A program made the position numbers and the translations under genes. Positions 28,094 to 36,614 of a DNA stretch of 64,000 nt are shown one piece after another. The notes beneath the pieces are model-generated. The model was given only the letters and a program-made list of their open reading frames with translations. It made no database searches and had not been told where the DNA came from. The first letter of the stretch is position 1. Each line of letters begins with the position of its first letter. Source of the DNA: a virus. Location: the IMG/VR virus record IMGVR_UViG_3300042259_000159, one strand, 5' to 3'.

Positions 28094-28573
28094 ATGAGTG
28101 AAAATATGAGCCTCTATGATTTTATTCTTGAGGATCTTGCAAAACTTAAAGGTACTACGAAATACGGGCACTACCGTCACAAAATGTTAAAGCTGCTTCC
28201 ACGTATAGGCTTTTTGGGTGATGCCGGTTACTACCCCTTTGGAGGATGTACTGTAGCACTTGAGTTCACTAATGTAGGTGTTGCTATAAAATACGGAGTA
28301 TGCAACGAGGTCGATCGCTTTGTTAAAAGCCTCGGAAGGGCTTGTGCAAGATCAAAAAAGCCCTCACAATTTTATCCGTATGAGAAACTTCTAGAAGACA
28401 TCCTTCAGGATGAAGAATGCCTTACGGATGACAGCCTTGCATGTAAGCTTGATATCGCACTGACAACCCTAGATACCTTTAGACGCATGATCATACAAAG
28501 AGCCTACCAGAAAGCCGAGGAAGGTCTTAAGAAGGCAGGATTTAAAGAGAAAACATTCTACATTCTGAAATAG
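28094..28573 (+). CDS. hypothetical protein, PFGGATV paralog family member 3
   Basis: YYPFGGCTVALEF...YGVCNEVDRFVKSLGRACA; start uncertain (28013-28106). Confidence 0.5.
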   Translation: MSENMSLYDFILEDLAKLKGTTKYGHYRHKMLKLLPRIGFLGDAGYYPFGGCTVALEFTNVGVAIKYGVCNEVDRFVKSLGRACARSKKPSQFYPYEKLLEDILQDEECLTDDSLACKLDIALTTLDTFRRMIIQRAYQKAEEGLKKAGFKEKTFYILK

Positions 28574-28647
28574 GCATTTATCACCTTGACAAGCATCTTA
28601 TCTTAGGATAGGGTGCTTTTATTATTTTCAATTACAAGGAGGATGCT

Positions 28648-30024
28648 ATGGAGATGTTTTTTAGCAACAAAGAGGTTATCAGGGCTTGGGAAAATGTTGT
28701 GAAAAAACTTAACGCCAGCGGTTTTAAAGGTGCCATTGTTGGCGGTGCAGTTAGGGATGTTTTTATGGGAAAGACTCCCACAGATATAGACATTGCTACA
28801 AATGCAACACCAGAGGAGGTTTGTAGCATCTTTAAAGGTGCTAAACTTGTTGGTGAAAGCTTTGGTGTTTGCCGTTGGAATGGCTATGAAATTGCTACTT
28901 ATCGAAACGATGTCCACAACGGTATTGGTGATACTTGTTGCACCGTGAGGTATACAGACGATCTCATTGAAGACCTTAGGCGTAGAGACTTCACAATGAA
29001 TGCTTGTGCATATGAGAGGCATCCTGACGGGACAACGCATTTTGTTATGGCACAGGCAGGTTGTCTGGATGACATCGAGAATAAGCGTCTTGATTTTGTA
29101 GGCAATGCTGAAGATAGAATCAGGGAAGATCCCAACCGCAGCTTCAGAGCATACCGCATGATTTGCAAAACAGGCTTTCTGCCGTCATATGCTACAGCAA
29201 AGATAATATACAACAGAGGTATTGTTGAAAAATATCTTCCGTACATTGCACCTGAGAGGATAGGTAAAGAGCTTATAAAATCTATGGAGGAGCCTTTCTC
29301 TTGGAATTTTTTTAGGTGTCTTTACAGGTCTGGTATTATGTACACTCTCATCCCTGAGATGGCACAGGCTTGGAATATTTGGGGAGGAAAATACCATGCA
29401 GAGTACGTTGGTGAACACCTTATGGCTGTTGGTATGGGTATCTCTGCAAAATTCCCCTTGCTGAGGCTTGCAGGGTATCTGCATGATGTTGGTAAGGGGG
29501 TAACACACGAGGATGGCAGCTTCATCCGGCATGAAAAAGAGGGCGTGCATATTGCGCGGAGGTTTCTTAAAAGCCTTAAGTTCTCTACAAAAGATACAGA
29601 GAAGGTTTGCAATATAATTCGTTGCCATATGCGTAGATTTGGTGAGAATGAAACGCCTGCTACAAACAGGCGAACCCTTGCATATCTTGCAAAACACAAT
29701 GTCTGCACATACGATTTCATCCGTTTGCGGATTGCGGATCACAACGGCAACTTTGCATGCAAGAAGATGAAATTCAGAGATATTAAGTCCCTTGTCAGAT
29801 GTTGGGACACCTATCAGTTTGAAAAACAAGCTGCCCATAGTAGGAAAATGCTTGCCATTAATGGCAGGGATATTATGAAAGAGTTTAATATCCCTCCGTC
29901 AAGACTTGTTGGGGAGATGATTGAATTTGCCCATAATATTGTTCTTGACAATGTTGATAAAAACGAATATAGTATCCTTATCAATGAAATTAAAAAGCGG
30001 TTCGGAGGTAGCAATGGCGAATGA
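28648..30024 (+). CDS. cca: tRNA nucleotidyltransferase (CCA-adding enzyme) with HD domain
   Basis: GAIVGGAVRDVFMGKTPTDIDIAT and GYLHDVGK; AAGGAGG RBS. Confidence 0.8.
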   Translation: MEMFFSNKEVIRAWENVVKKLNASGFKGAIVGGAVRDVFMGKTPTDIDIATNATPEEVCSIFKGAKLVGESFGVCRWNGYEIATYRNDVHNGIGDTCCTVRYTDDLIEDLRRRDFTMNACAYERHPDGTTHFVMAQAGCLDDIENKRLDFVGNAEDRIREDPNRSFRAYRMICKTGFLPSYATAKIIYNRGIVEKYLPYIAPERIGKELIKSMEEPFSWNFFRCLYRSGIMYTLIPEMAQAWNIWGGKYHAEYVGEHLMAVGMGISAKFPLLRLAGYLHDVGKGVTHEDGSFIRHEKEGVHIARRFLKSLKFSTKDTEKVCNIIRCHMRRFGENETPATNRRTLAYLAKHNVCTYDFIRLRIADHNGNFACKKMKFRDIKSLVRCWDTYQFEKQAAHSRKMLAINGRDIMKEFNIPPSRLVGEMIEFAHNIVLDNVDKNEYSILINEIKKRFGGSNGE

Positions 30025-30202
30025 ACTTAATCTAAGGCTTAAGCTTAACGATGTGGAGAGGGAGGCAGCCACCTACAGGGCGGTATGCAAGATGTTGTTT
30101 AATAGAATGTCTTCAGCAGGAGACCTTGCATTCATCCACAAAAAGGATCTTCAAAAAGCACTTGACAAATATAAGGAGGTATCACAAGATGCAAATATAT
30201 AA
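30014..30202 (+). CDS. hypothetical protein
   Basis: ATG at 30014 overlapping the cca 3' end. Confidence 0.4.
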   Translation: MANELNLRLKLNDVEREAATYRAVCKMLFNRMSSAGDLAFIHKKDLQKALDKYKEVSQDANI

Positions 30203-30608
30203 ACCGAGCCACTTCAGGATTGAAGAACTTGTTGACAAAAAAACTTTCAACGACAGAGGCGAGAAGGCTTGGCAACTTTTGGATGACAGGGCTTTGTTTG
30301 TTCTTCAGCTTCTCAGAAAGCGTTATGGACCCATTACAGTTAACAACTGGCTGTGGGGAGGGGACAGACAGTGGAGCGGCCTTAGAACAAAAGAGTGCAG
30401 TATTGGTGCAACATATTCTCAGCACAGGTTCGGAAGAGCCTTTGACTGTCTTATTAAAAACGCCACTGCCGAAGAAGTTAGAAAAGATATGCTTGACTTC
30501 TGGCCAAAACAGATGTATAACTTCCCTATCACGATGGAAGACGATGTAAGCTGGTTCCATTTTGATACGCGGCAACAGGAAAATCCAGTAACCATTTTTA
30601 AACCGTAA
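30189..30608 (+). CDS. peptidase M15 family cell-wall hydrolase (endolysin candidate)
   Basis: SQHRFGRAFD and WFHFD (H..D...H zinc ligand pattern); AAGGAGG RBS. Confidence 0.7.
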   Translation: MQIYKPSHFRIEELVDKKTFNDRGEKAWQLLDDRALFVLQLLRKRYGPITVNNWLWGGDRQWSGLRTKECSIGATYSQHRFGRAFDCLIKNATAEEVRKDMLDFWPKQMYNFPITMEDDVSWFHFDTRQQENPVTIFKP

Positions 30609-30874
30609 AGGCGAATATCTGCCTAGCGTAACTCATAGGATACATGGACTTCGCAAGTACAAGAATCAAATTAAAAAGGAACTTTAACTATGGATATAGC
30701 GGTATCACACAAGATACGACTGCCGTGGTTCCCCTCCAAATCCTTCTGTGCTAAATCTTAACGCCTGTGGACAGAATGACCTCTGTATCTACCAACCAAT
30801 GGAAGATATAAGTCAGCTGGTTGAAGCAGGAATTAAGTCCGGATTAATAGAAATTAATAGGAATTAAGGAGCAG

Positions 30875-31042
30875 ATGAATATGTTGATTACGAACAATAA
30901 AGAACACCTTCGCTCATACCATGATATCATGCGTCTTTGGAAGATTGGTATCTTCACAGACAAGGCAAAGGATAAGTATTTGAATAAGCTTTATATTCGT
31001 GCTATGCACGACGGTAGGGTTCTTACAGAAAAAGAACATTGA
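30875..31042 (+). CDS. hypothetical protein (55 aa)
   Basis: ATG after AAGGAG; below the ORF-track size cut-off. Confidence 0.35.
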   Translation: MNMLITNNKEHLRSYHDIMRLWKIGIFTDKAKDKYLNKLYIRAMHDGRVLTEKEH

Positions 31043-31051
31043 GGGATAGCA

Positions 31052-31393
31052 GTGGACAATGTACCTTTTCTTGACCTTAATAGGGTCTCTGTAAATATGC
31101 TTATCAAAGCACCTGAATTACTTGTTAAAACAGATGCACAGATACATTCCGTAAAACACATTATAGAGGATCTGAATCTAGATGCTGTTAAACTTGTAAA
31201 GATGGCCGTCCTTCTACGTACTCTTTTGAGGCAGAGGAGGTATTATAAAGAGATCACGGCCTTGCATAATTCAATGTGTGTTGATAGTGAAAGGGTACTG
31301 AACTGGAAAAAGAAAAGCGATAGGCGGTTGATGGGGTATAAAGATCAATCCGAGCAACAGCTTGAATACTATGAGAAGAAATACAATCTCTGA
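31052..31393 (+). CDS. hypothetical protein
   Basis: ORF track (GTG start). Confidence 0.4.
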   Translation: MDNVPFLDLNRVSVNMLIKAPELLVKTDAQIHSVKHIIEDLNLDAVKLVKMAVLLRTLLRQRRYYKEITALHNSMCVDSERVLNWKKKSDRRLMGYKDQSEQQLEYYEKKYNL

Positions 31394-31408
31394 TACAGGA
31401 GGAGAAAG

Positions 31409-31600
31409 ATGAAGATGGGTTTTATGACTATTCTGGGTCTTATCTTTATTACGCTGAAACTTACAGGGCATATCCTGTGGTCTTGGTGGTGGGTATTGGC
31501 ACCTTTCTGGGGTCCAGCAGTAATTGCACTGATTTGCTTGATTTGTTTTGTAGCAAGCAACCTGCTGTTTAATACGAACAAAGGCAAAAATAGACTTTAA
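31409..31600 (+). CDS. small membrane protein
   Basis: Two hydrophobic segments; W-rich WSWWWVLAPFW. Confidence 0.45.
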   Translation: MKMGFMTILGLIFITLKLTGHILWSWWWVLAPFWGPAVIALICLICFVASNLLFNTNKGKNRL

Positions 31601-31609
31601 GATTAATTT

Positions 31610-31647
31610 AAAAACCGCTTGACAAAATCAGGCGGTTTTTCTATTGT
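31610..31647 (+). promoter_or_regulatory. composite terminator hairpin / sigma70 promoter (AAAAACCGCttgacaaaatcagGCGGTTTTT; TTGACA-N17-TATTGT)
   Basis: The -35 hexamer lies in the loop of a U-tailed hairpin. Near-identical copy at 38080..38116. Confidence 0.55.
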
Positions 31648-31706
31648 GTTCCTACGGCAACGAGGAAAAGAACACAAATACGCAACAAACAAAAGGGGAA
31701 ATAAAG

Positions 31707-32058
31707 ATGAAATGGTTGGAACAGTTTGAACCTATCAGTAACACCACAAATGTAAAAGCAATTTATGAAGTTGCAGGTATCGTAGATGGTCTTGGGGGAT
31801 CTTTCTGACGAAACATTCAGTAGCTGGCAGGATGTTTTCAAGAAGTGCACGCCTCTTTATGCAGACTGCGTAGGAAGGAGTACATATCAGGTTGTCACCT
31901 ATCTTAGAGAAATTAATGAAATGACCTACCAAGAAGCTGTTTCCTACATGTTACAGGAGATGCTCCCTTTATTTGGAAAGCCCATCTTCTGGCACAGTAA
32001 ACATATACAGCTTTGGGATTATCTCTCAAAGCACGGTGTTAGTAAGAAGAAGGCGTAA
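31707..32058 (+). pseudogene. hypothetical gene split by a frameshift at a G5 run (31707..31805 plus 31786..32058)
   Basis: MKWLEQFEPISNTTNVKAIYEVAGIVDGLGGSF* and MVLGDLSDETF... become one ORF if the GGGGG at approx 31793-31797 changes length by 1 nt. Confidence 0.4.
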
Positions 32059-32236
32059 GGCTCCTATAGACTTTTCAAAGAACTAGTTGGGGCATCAACT
32101 AGTGGAGTAGGGCATGTCAGACTGGAGAAATCTAGCAATGCCTGTTGATACCAGAATCCCAAGAACTTTAGCCTTGGGAGTATGTCAAGGACAAGTTGTG
32201 AATCGATTTGTTTTTTACAAAAAACACAAATTTCTA

Positions 32237-32265
32237 TTGACAAAACTTCTTAGCTTGGATATGTT
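32237..32265 (+). promoter_or_regulatory. sigma70-type promoter (TTGACA-N17-TATGTT, then GTATTTAAC)
   Basis: Read directly. Confidence 0.5.
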
Positions 32266-32310
32266 GTATTTAACAAAAACATTTTTTACATCAGAAAAAG
32301 AGAGAAGATC

Positions 32311-32466
32311 ATGATGTATAAAGAAATGACAATCATGCAGTTTTTGGCAAAACTGGCAAATGCCTCTGGAGATGAGGCACTTGACCTTGTTGGGGAATGG
32401 CAATGTGGAGGTCTTGTTGTTGGTGGAATCAGTCTTGATGATGCTGAAGAATTTGAAGCTAAATAA
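32311..32466 (+). CDS. hypothetical protein (51 aa)
   Basis: ATG after AGAGAAG; below the ORF-track cut-off. Confidence 0.35.
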   Translation: MMYKEMTIMQFLAKLANASGDEALDLVGEWQCGGLVVGGISLDDAEEFEAK

Positions 32467-32493
32467 AACACATTTAATAAAAAAGGATTGACA

Positions 32494-32928
32494 ATGACCG
32501 AAAACAATTGTACAAAGTTTCTTGCACGTGAGAAGTACGAGGAAGCATGGATTTGCATGATAACAGCACTGGAACATATTGAGAGTGCAAAATACCTTAT
32601 CGGGCTTTGTAACAGTGTGCATGTCGGCGATGCAACCTATAACCTGAATCGTGCCACCGATGATATGCAAACGGCACACAGTTTCTACAAAGAATTCTTC
32701 GATACTCTGACGATTGGTTGTGATGACGAGGATGAACAAAATGTTTATCAAAGTGAGGAAGAAATTAACGAGGCACTGTGTGACCTAGACATAATGGGGA
32801 TAGACAGTAAAACTGTATGCATTTCTTGTTTTTATTGTGGGGGTATTTGCCCCAAAGACCCCGTTAGTTGCAATCAAGCAACACATTTTTATAAGTTCCT
32901 TCACAAGGATACAGGAGAGCGAGCATGA
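32494..32928 (+). CDS. hypothetical protein
   Basis: ATG at 32494 (the track begins at a TTG at 32488). Confidence 0.45.
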   Translation: MTENNCTKFLAREKYEEAWICMITALEHIESAKYLIGLCNSVHVGDATYNLNRATDDMQTAHSFYKEFFDTLTIGCDDEDEQNVYQSEEEINEALCDLDIMGIDSKTVCISCFYCGGICPKDPVSCNQATHFYKFLHKDTGERA

Positions 32929-33263
32929 ACAAGTGTCAAGAAGAAATCCTTACTTTTGTTGTTGGGGTGGTTGCGGAGATGGAGCGTGAAACAGGAGCGG
33001 ATATTTTTGTAAGTTACTCTCCCCACGTGTCTTGCATCAATGTTAATTTCCACGCTAATAAGTGGATAAGTGGACATGGATCAGATTTTGATGTGGTGTT
33101 TTATCTTGATTCTGAAGAGTATGATGATATAGCTGAAAGTTTCCTGTCTCTGGAGAATGCTAGGGATTTGATTGAAAAGCATCAACAAGATACCCTGCTT
33201 AGAAAGCAAAAAGCCATTAAGGAACTTGAAGAGCAGCTTAAACGCCTGAAAGAAGAGCAGTAA
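32925..33263 (+). CDS. hypothetical protein
   Basis: ATGA overlap with the upstream gene; followed by a strong terminator. Confidence 0.45.
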   Translation: MNKCQEEILTFVVGVVAEMERETGADIFVSYSPHVSCINVNFHANKWISGHGSDFDVVFYLDSEEYDDIAESFLSLENARDLIEKHQQDTLLRKQKAIKELEEQLKRLKEEQ

Positions 33264-33270
33264 GTATTGA

Positions 33271-33295
33271 GGCCGGAAATAATCCGGCCTTTTTT
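33271..33295 (+). terminator. rho-independent terminator
   Basis: GGCCGGAaataaTCCGGCC followed by TTTTTT. Confidence 0.75.
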
Positions 33296-33377
33296 ACGTC
33301 TAAATCCAGAGGACTTTTTCATTTTAAAAGGTCTAGAGAGGTTTTTCATTTTGGGAGGTCTAAAGAACATTTTCAAT
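33288..33377 (+). repeat. 90-bp direct repeat, copy 1 (identical copy at 37862..37951)
   Basis: CCTTTTTTACGTCTAAATCCAGAGGACTTTTTCATTTTAAAAGGTCTAGAGAGGTTTTTCATTTTGGGAGGTCTAAAGAACATTTTCAAT is present at both sites. Confidence 0.9.
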
Positions 33378-33443
33378 TTACAACCAAAAGTAAAAAGTCT
33401 AGAGAACATTTTTAATTTGAGGTCTAAAGAGGATTTTCATTTT
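33297..33443 (+). repeat. array of five approx 23-bp iterons (G)GTCTA(A/G)AGA-N4-6-TTTT(C/A)ATTT
   Basis: Units start at approx 33297, 33330, 33357, 33397 and 33421. Confidence 0.7.
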
Positions 33444-33456
33444 CAGATTTTTGTAT

Positions 33457-33558
33457 GAAAATGATACTCATTATCACCGATAATGGTCGTTGAAAACGAC
33501 ATTCATTATCAACGATATTGATAATCATTTTCAATGATATTGAGTTTCATTATCAATC
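33457..33558. promoter_or_regulatory. cluster of Fur-box-like sites
   Basis: GAAAATGATACTCATTATC (33457-33475) matches GATAATGATAATCATTATC at 17/19. TGATAATCATTTTCA (33519-33533) matches the 7-1-7 TGATAATNATTATCA at 14/15. Additional CATTATCAA half-sites are present. Confidence 0.4.
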
Positions 33559-33828
33559 TAAATAGTAACTATTACTAATAATAAAAATTGTGCAGGGGCG
33601 GTTTATAATGGATCTTAACCATGTGCCGGAATGCCTTTGATTTTTTCCTCGCTGGCAAAGACAGAATATTAAAAATGCAAACGGCGGTCAAGCGGAAAAT
33701 GAAAAAATATTAAAAATATTTTTTCGGCTTGCCATATCATTATATAGACGCTATATCCATCCCATACCACAGACAATGAATGGAACGCGGAGGAATGGAG
33801 TTTTTATTAAAAATCGTCTGAAAAACAC

Positions 33829-33857
33829 TTGACAGTGATTCCGCTTTGTGTTTAGTT
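33829..33857 (+). promoter_or_regulatory. sigma70-type promoter (TTGACA-N17-TTAGTT)
   Basis: Read directly; precedes 33894..34043. Confidence 0.4.
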
Positions 33858-33893
33858 TTTCACCTACAAGAACACAAAAAAGAGGTAAAGAAA

Positions 33894-34043
33894 ATGCCAA
33901 CCATGTATCAATTTGCTAGTGCAACGCCCTACATCATTATTATTGTATCCATGCTGATCTGTGTCGGGATCGGATCAACCCTTTCCAGTAAAAAAGATAG
34001 TAAGCACGCTTGGAACACAACATACAACGGTAAAAATATCTAG
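33894..34043 (+). CDS. small membrane protein (49 aa)
   Basis: ATG after AGAGGT; hydrophobic YIIIIVSMLICVGIG. Confidence 0.4.
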   Translation: MPTMYQFASATPYIIIIVSMLICVGIGSTLSSKKDSKHAWNTTYNGKNI

Positions 34044-34053
34044 GAGGCTAAAA

Positions 34054-34236
34054 ATGTCTGATTTTCTTACTCTTTTCAAGAGCATTGCGGCGGAGGTACT
34101 GGCCGAAGAGGAAACATCCCGCGCAGCTGCTACTACACTTGACGCTTGGCAATGGGCAACGGATGAAACGGACGGATTGCCCGAACAGGTATGCAAACAT
34201 ATAGGTCTGTGGGAGGAACAGGAAAATGAAAGATAA
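34054..34236 (+). CDS. hypothetical acidic protein
   Basis: ATG after TAGGAGG. Confidence 0.45.
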   Translation: MSDFLTLFKSIAAEVLAEEETSRAAATTLDAWQWATDETDGLPEQVCKHIGLWEEQENER

Positions 34237-34327
34237 GCAGGTTTTGATTGATCTTGTCACGGCTTGCGGATACATTTGCATTCTTTTTGCTATCCTTTAT
34301 ATATGCCTTTTTATACATGCAGCCTAG
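34226..34327 (+). CDS. small membrane peptide (33 aa)
   Basis: ATG after GGAGGAACAGG; CGYICILFAILYICLFI. Confidence 0.3.
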   Translation: MKDKQVLIDLVTACGYICILFAILYICLFIHAA

Positions 34328-34341
34328 TCGGGAGGTGTGAA

Positions 34342-34572
34342 ATGCTTTTTTCAGATTTTTGTAGGGCGCTCCAGTGCACGCCGCTTGCCGGTATCCGGAT
34401 TATTGAGGAGTGGGCAGAAAAGCACAGTACAGTCACCTGTAAAAATATTGTACCGTTCCGGCCTTGGCGGGCTGGACAAATATATGTTAATGAATTGTGC
34501 CCTGAAATATTTGACACCGTATATAAATGGTTTATCGGCAGGGGGGTAGTAAATAATGAAGACAAAGAGTGA
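34342..34572 (+). CDS. hypothetical protein
   Basis: ATG after GGGAGG. Confidence 0.45.
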   Translation: MLFSDFCRALQCTPLAGIRIIEEWAEKHSTVTCKNIVPFRPWRAGQIYVNELCPEIFDTVYKWFIGRGVVNNEDKE

Positions 34573-34843
34573 AAAAGATTTTTTCATGAAAAACTTTTGT
34601 TCCTATGGTTTTACACGCAAAAGCGTTTTGGCACTATATGACGCTGTACAGGAGTGGGAAGGCAAAGAACAGGATACATACAATTTAGACGGTATACACG
34701 GCTACATACAGGAATGGCTTGCAATTAATCCGCCGGAGGTATTAGCATGCAAAATAACGTTACGCCGTGCCCGTGCCGATGATATTAACGCCGATCCAGA
34801 ACAAATAACACTGTGGAGGAGGAATGCCGGTAAAAATACTTAA
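34556..34843 (+). CDS. hypothetical protein
   Basis: ORF track. Confidence 0.45.
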   Translation: MKTKSEKDFFMKNFCSYGFTRKSVLALYDAVQEWEGKEQDTYNLDGIHGYIQEWLAINPPEVLACKITLRRARADDINADPEQITLWRRNAGKNT

Positions 34844-35174
34844 AAATTGCATGGATGGATATAAAGATGCTATATTTTTTACCGAGGAGGATAAAAACGG
34901 CTGGACAGGAAACGAAACATTTAGTATGGAAGCGGAGGAGGTGATTTTCAAAGACTGCTCGCACTTTGTGGATACCATTATAGGCTATTTACCTATTGAT
35001 TTTTGTGAATATGATCAACTAGGCTTTGATTTTTGGCTTACACGCAACGGGCAAAACGCTTTTGCAAAGCGTATAATGCTTTACAATGGTGCAGCAAAAA
35101 TACTAACACAGGTATCTGAAGTTTTTGGCACTGTTTATGCCTACGCTGAAAATGATGAAATATTTTTGAAATAA
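34824..35174 (+). CDS. hypothetical protein
   Basis: ORF track. Confidence 0.45.
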   Translation: MPVKILKNCMDGYKDAIFFTEEDKNGWTGNETFSMEAEEVIFKDCSHFVDTIIGYLPIDFCEYDQLGFDFWLTRNGQNAFAKRIMLYNGAAKILTQVSEVFGTVYAYAENDEIFLK

Positions 35175-35177
35175 CGC

Positions 35178-35206
35178 TTGACAATGCTAAAAGTACAGAT
35201 TAGAAC
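35178..35206 (+). promoter_or_regulatory. sigma70-type promoter (TTGACA-N17-TAGAAC)
   Basis: Read directly. Confidence 0.4.
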
Positions 35207-35232
35207 AAGACAAACAACAGCAAAAAAGGAGC

Positions 35233-35829
35233 ATGGAAATGAAAATTATCGAAGCTTTTGAAATGTGGGAAAATGAAGTGCAGCCCTTCATCGTTGAAAA
35301 ATACGGTGAAAATGACTTTCCGGCACTTGCGGAAAGCTGGAATGACTTCACAGACATTCTTTGCAAGGACGGAGAATTGACGTCCTTGCAGTATCACTAT
35401 GCACCGGCATATGATGAAGGTATGCCCGACGATGATCTGGAGTACATCCTTGACCAGCTTGGCATTGAGTTCCATTGCGAGACCATACCTGCACGTACAG
35501 ACGGGCTTATGTCTGATATGCCTGCCGGTACGCGGCACTTTGAGTGCACATTCTATCAGGGCAACACTCCGGCTCTTGTTGTGCAGTACTCGCAAGGTCC
35601 TGCACACATGGGCATGCCCACTCGCGAGGAGGTTTTGCAAAGCATCATGCAAGATATCGCCTATGCCGATTACGATTTTGAGGAGTTTTGCAACGAAATG
35701 GGCTACGATACTGACAGCAGGACGGCAGAAAGTATCTATAATGCAGTAGTGGAACAAAACGAAATTGTCCAAGCCATGTTTACGGCGGATGAAATTGCCG
35801 ATCTTCAGCAGCTTTTTTACGATTTTTAA
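35233..35829 (+). CDS. hypothetical strongly acidic protein
   Basis: 198 aa, D/E-rich by eye; own promoter. Confidence 0.5.
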   Translation: MEMKIIEAFEMWENEVQPFIVEKYGENDFPALAESWNDFTDILCKDGELTSLQYHYAPAYDEGMPDDDLEYILDQLGIEFHCETIPARTDGLMSDMPAGTRHFECTFYQGNTPALVVQYSQGPAHMGMPTREEVLQSIMQDIAYADYDFEEFCNEMGYDTDSRTAESIYNAVVEQNEIVQAMFTADEIADLQQLFYDF

Positions 35830-35839
35830 CGAATAGTGC

Positions 35840-35868
35840 TTGACAGGTGCTGTATTAACCTATAATAC
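35840..35868 (+). promoter_or_regulatory. sigma70-type promoter (TTGACA ... TATAAT) overlapping inverted repeat CTGTATTAacctaTAATACAG
   Basis: Read directly. Confidence 0.55.
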
Positions 35869-35907
35869 AGTACCTACTCAACCACTATTAAAAACGGAGT
35901 AAAAGCC

Positions 35908-36492
35908 ATGCGTGAAATTATTACGAAAATTTACCGCTTTGAGGAATTGTCTGAAAAATCCCAAGCCCGTGCACTTGAAAAATATCGTGACATTTTTGTG
36001 TCTGATAGCCTTTGGTATGAGGATTTGCTTGAGGAATACAAGGCATGCCTCGAAAAATGTGGGTTCTATGATGCAGAAATACTTTTTTCTGGCTTTTTCT
36101 CGCAAGGGGATGGAGCCTGTTTTGACGCACAACACATTGACGTTGCGGAAGTGCTCAATGCAATAATTATGACTGATCAGGCATGCATTGACCGCGAATT
36201 TATCCGCTTTTACACACTGGCGAATCATGATGCAATCGAGTGCGACATTCTTCAGCGGTCATCCCTTTATGTTCATGAGCATACCAGATACATAGGCGCG
36301 GATAGCCCGTTTTTGACTGAAATGGAAACAAAACGCCTTGAGGAAATTATTGAAAATTTTCGCCTTGATCTGTGCTATACCATATACAACCGCCTTGAGG
36401 CGGAGTATCAATATCAGACCAGTGATGAAGTTTTGCGTGAGTTTTTCATTGATATGGAATGCGAGTTCTATGAAAGCGGGAAGATGGTATAA
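35908..36492 (+). CDS. hypothetical acidic protein
   Basis: ORF track; FSGFFSQGDGACFD motif, family not identified. Confidence 0.5.
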   Translation: MREIITKIYRFEELSEKSQARALEKYRDIFVSDSLWYEDLLEEYKACLEKCGFYDAEILFSGFFSQGDGACFDAQHIDVAEVLNAIIMTDQACIDREFIRFYTLANHDAIECDILQRSSLYVHEHTRYIGADSPFLTEMETKRLEEIIENFRLDLCYTIYNRLEAEYQYQTSDEVLREFFIDMECEFYESGKMV

Positions 36493-36552
36493 CTATCAAA
36501 AATAGTTAGCAATGTTTGAGAGGAAAGAAAAATAATTTTTTATAAAAACCGC

Positions 36553-36581
36553 TTGACAGGTGTAGGGCATATTTGTATGGT
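36553..36581 (+). promoter_or_regulatory. sigma70-type promoter (TTGACA-N17-TATGGT) overlapping inverted repeat GTAGGGCA...TGCCCTAC
   Basis: Read directly. Confidence 0.5.
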
Positions 36582-36614
36582 TGCCCTACAGACAACAAAA
36601 AAGGACGGTTAAAA

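Noticed and set aside
30609-30874. Possible degenerate group I intron (AGATATAAGTCAG, GGACTTCGCAAGTAC) after the M15 peptidase gene.
   Set aside because: The flanking ORFs show no sign of being halves of one gene and the peptidase looks complete. The core similarity is a single short motif. It is left as unexplained non-coding sequence.
33297-33443. Regularly spaced repeats considered as a CRISPR array.
   Set aside because: The units are imperfect, about 23 bp, and separated by only 4-17 bp. There are no unique spacers of CRISPR size and no cas genes, so they are better described as iterons.
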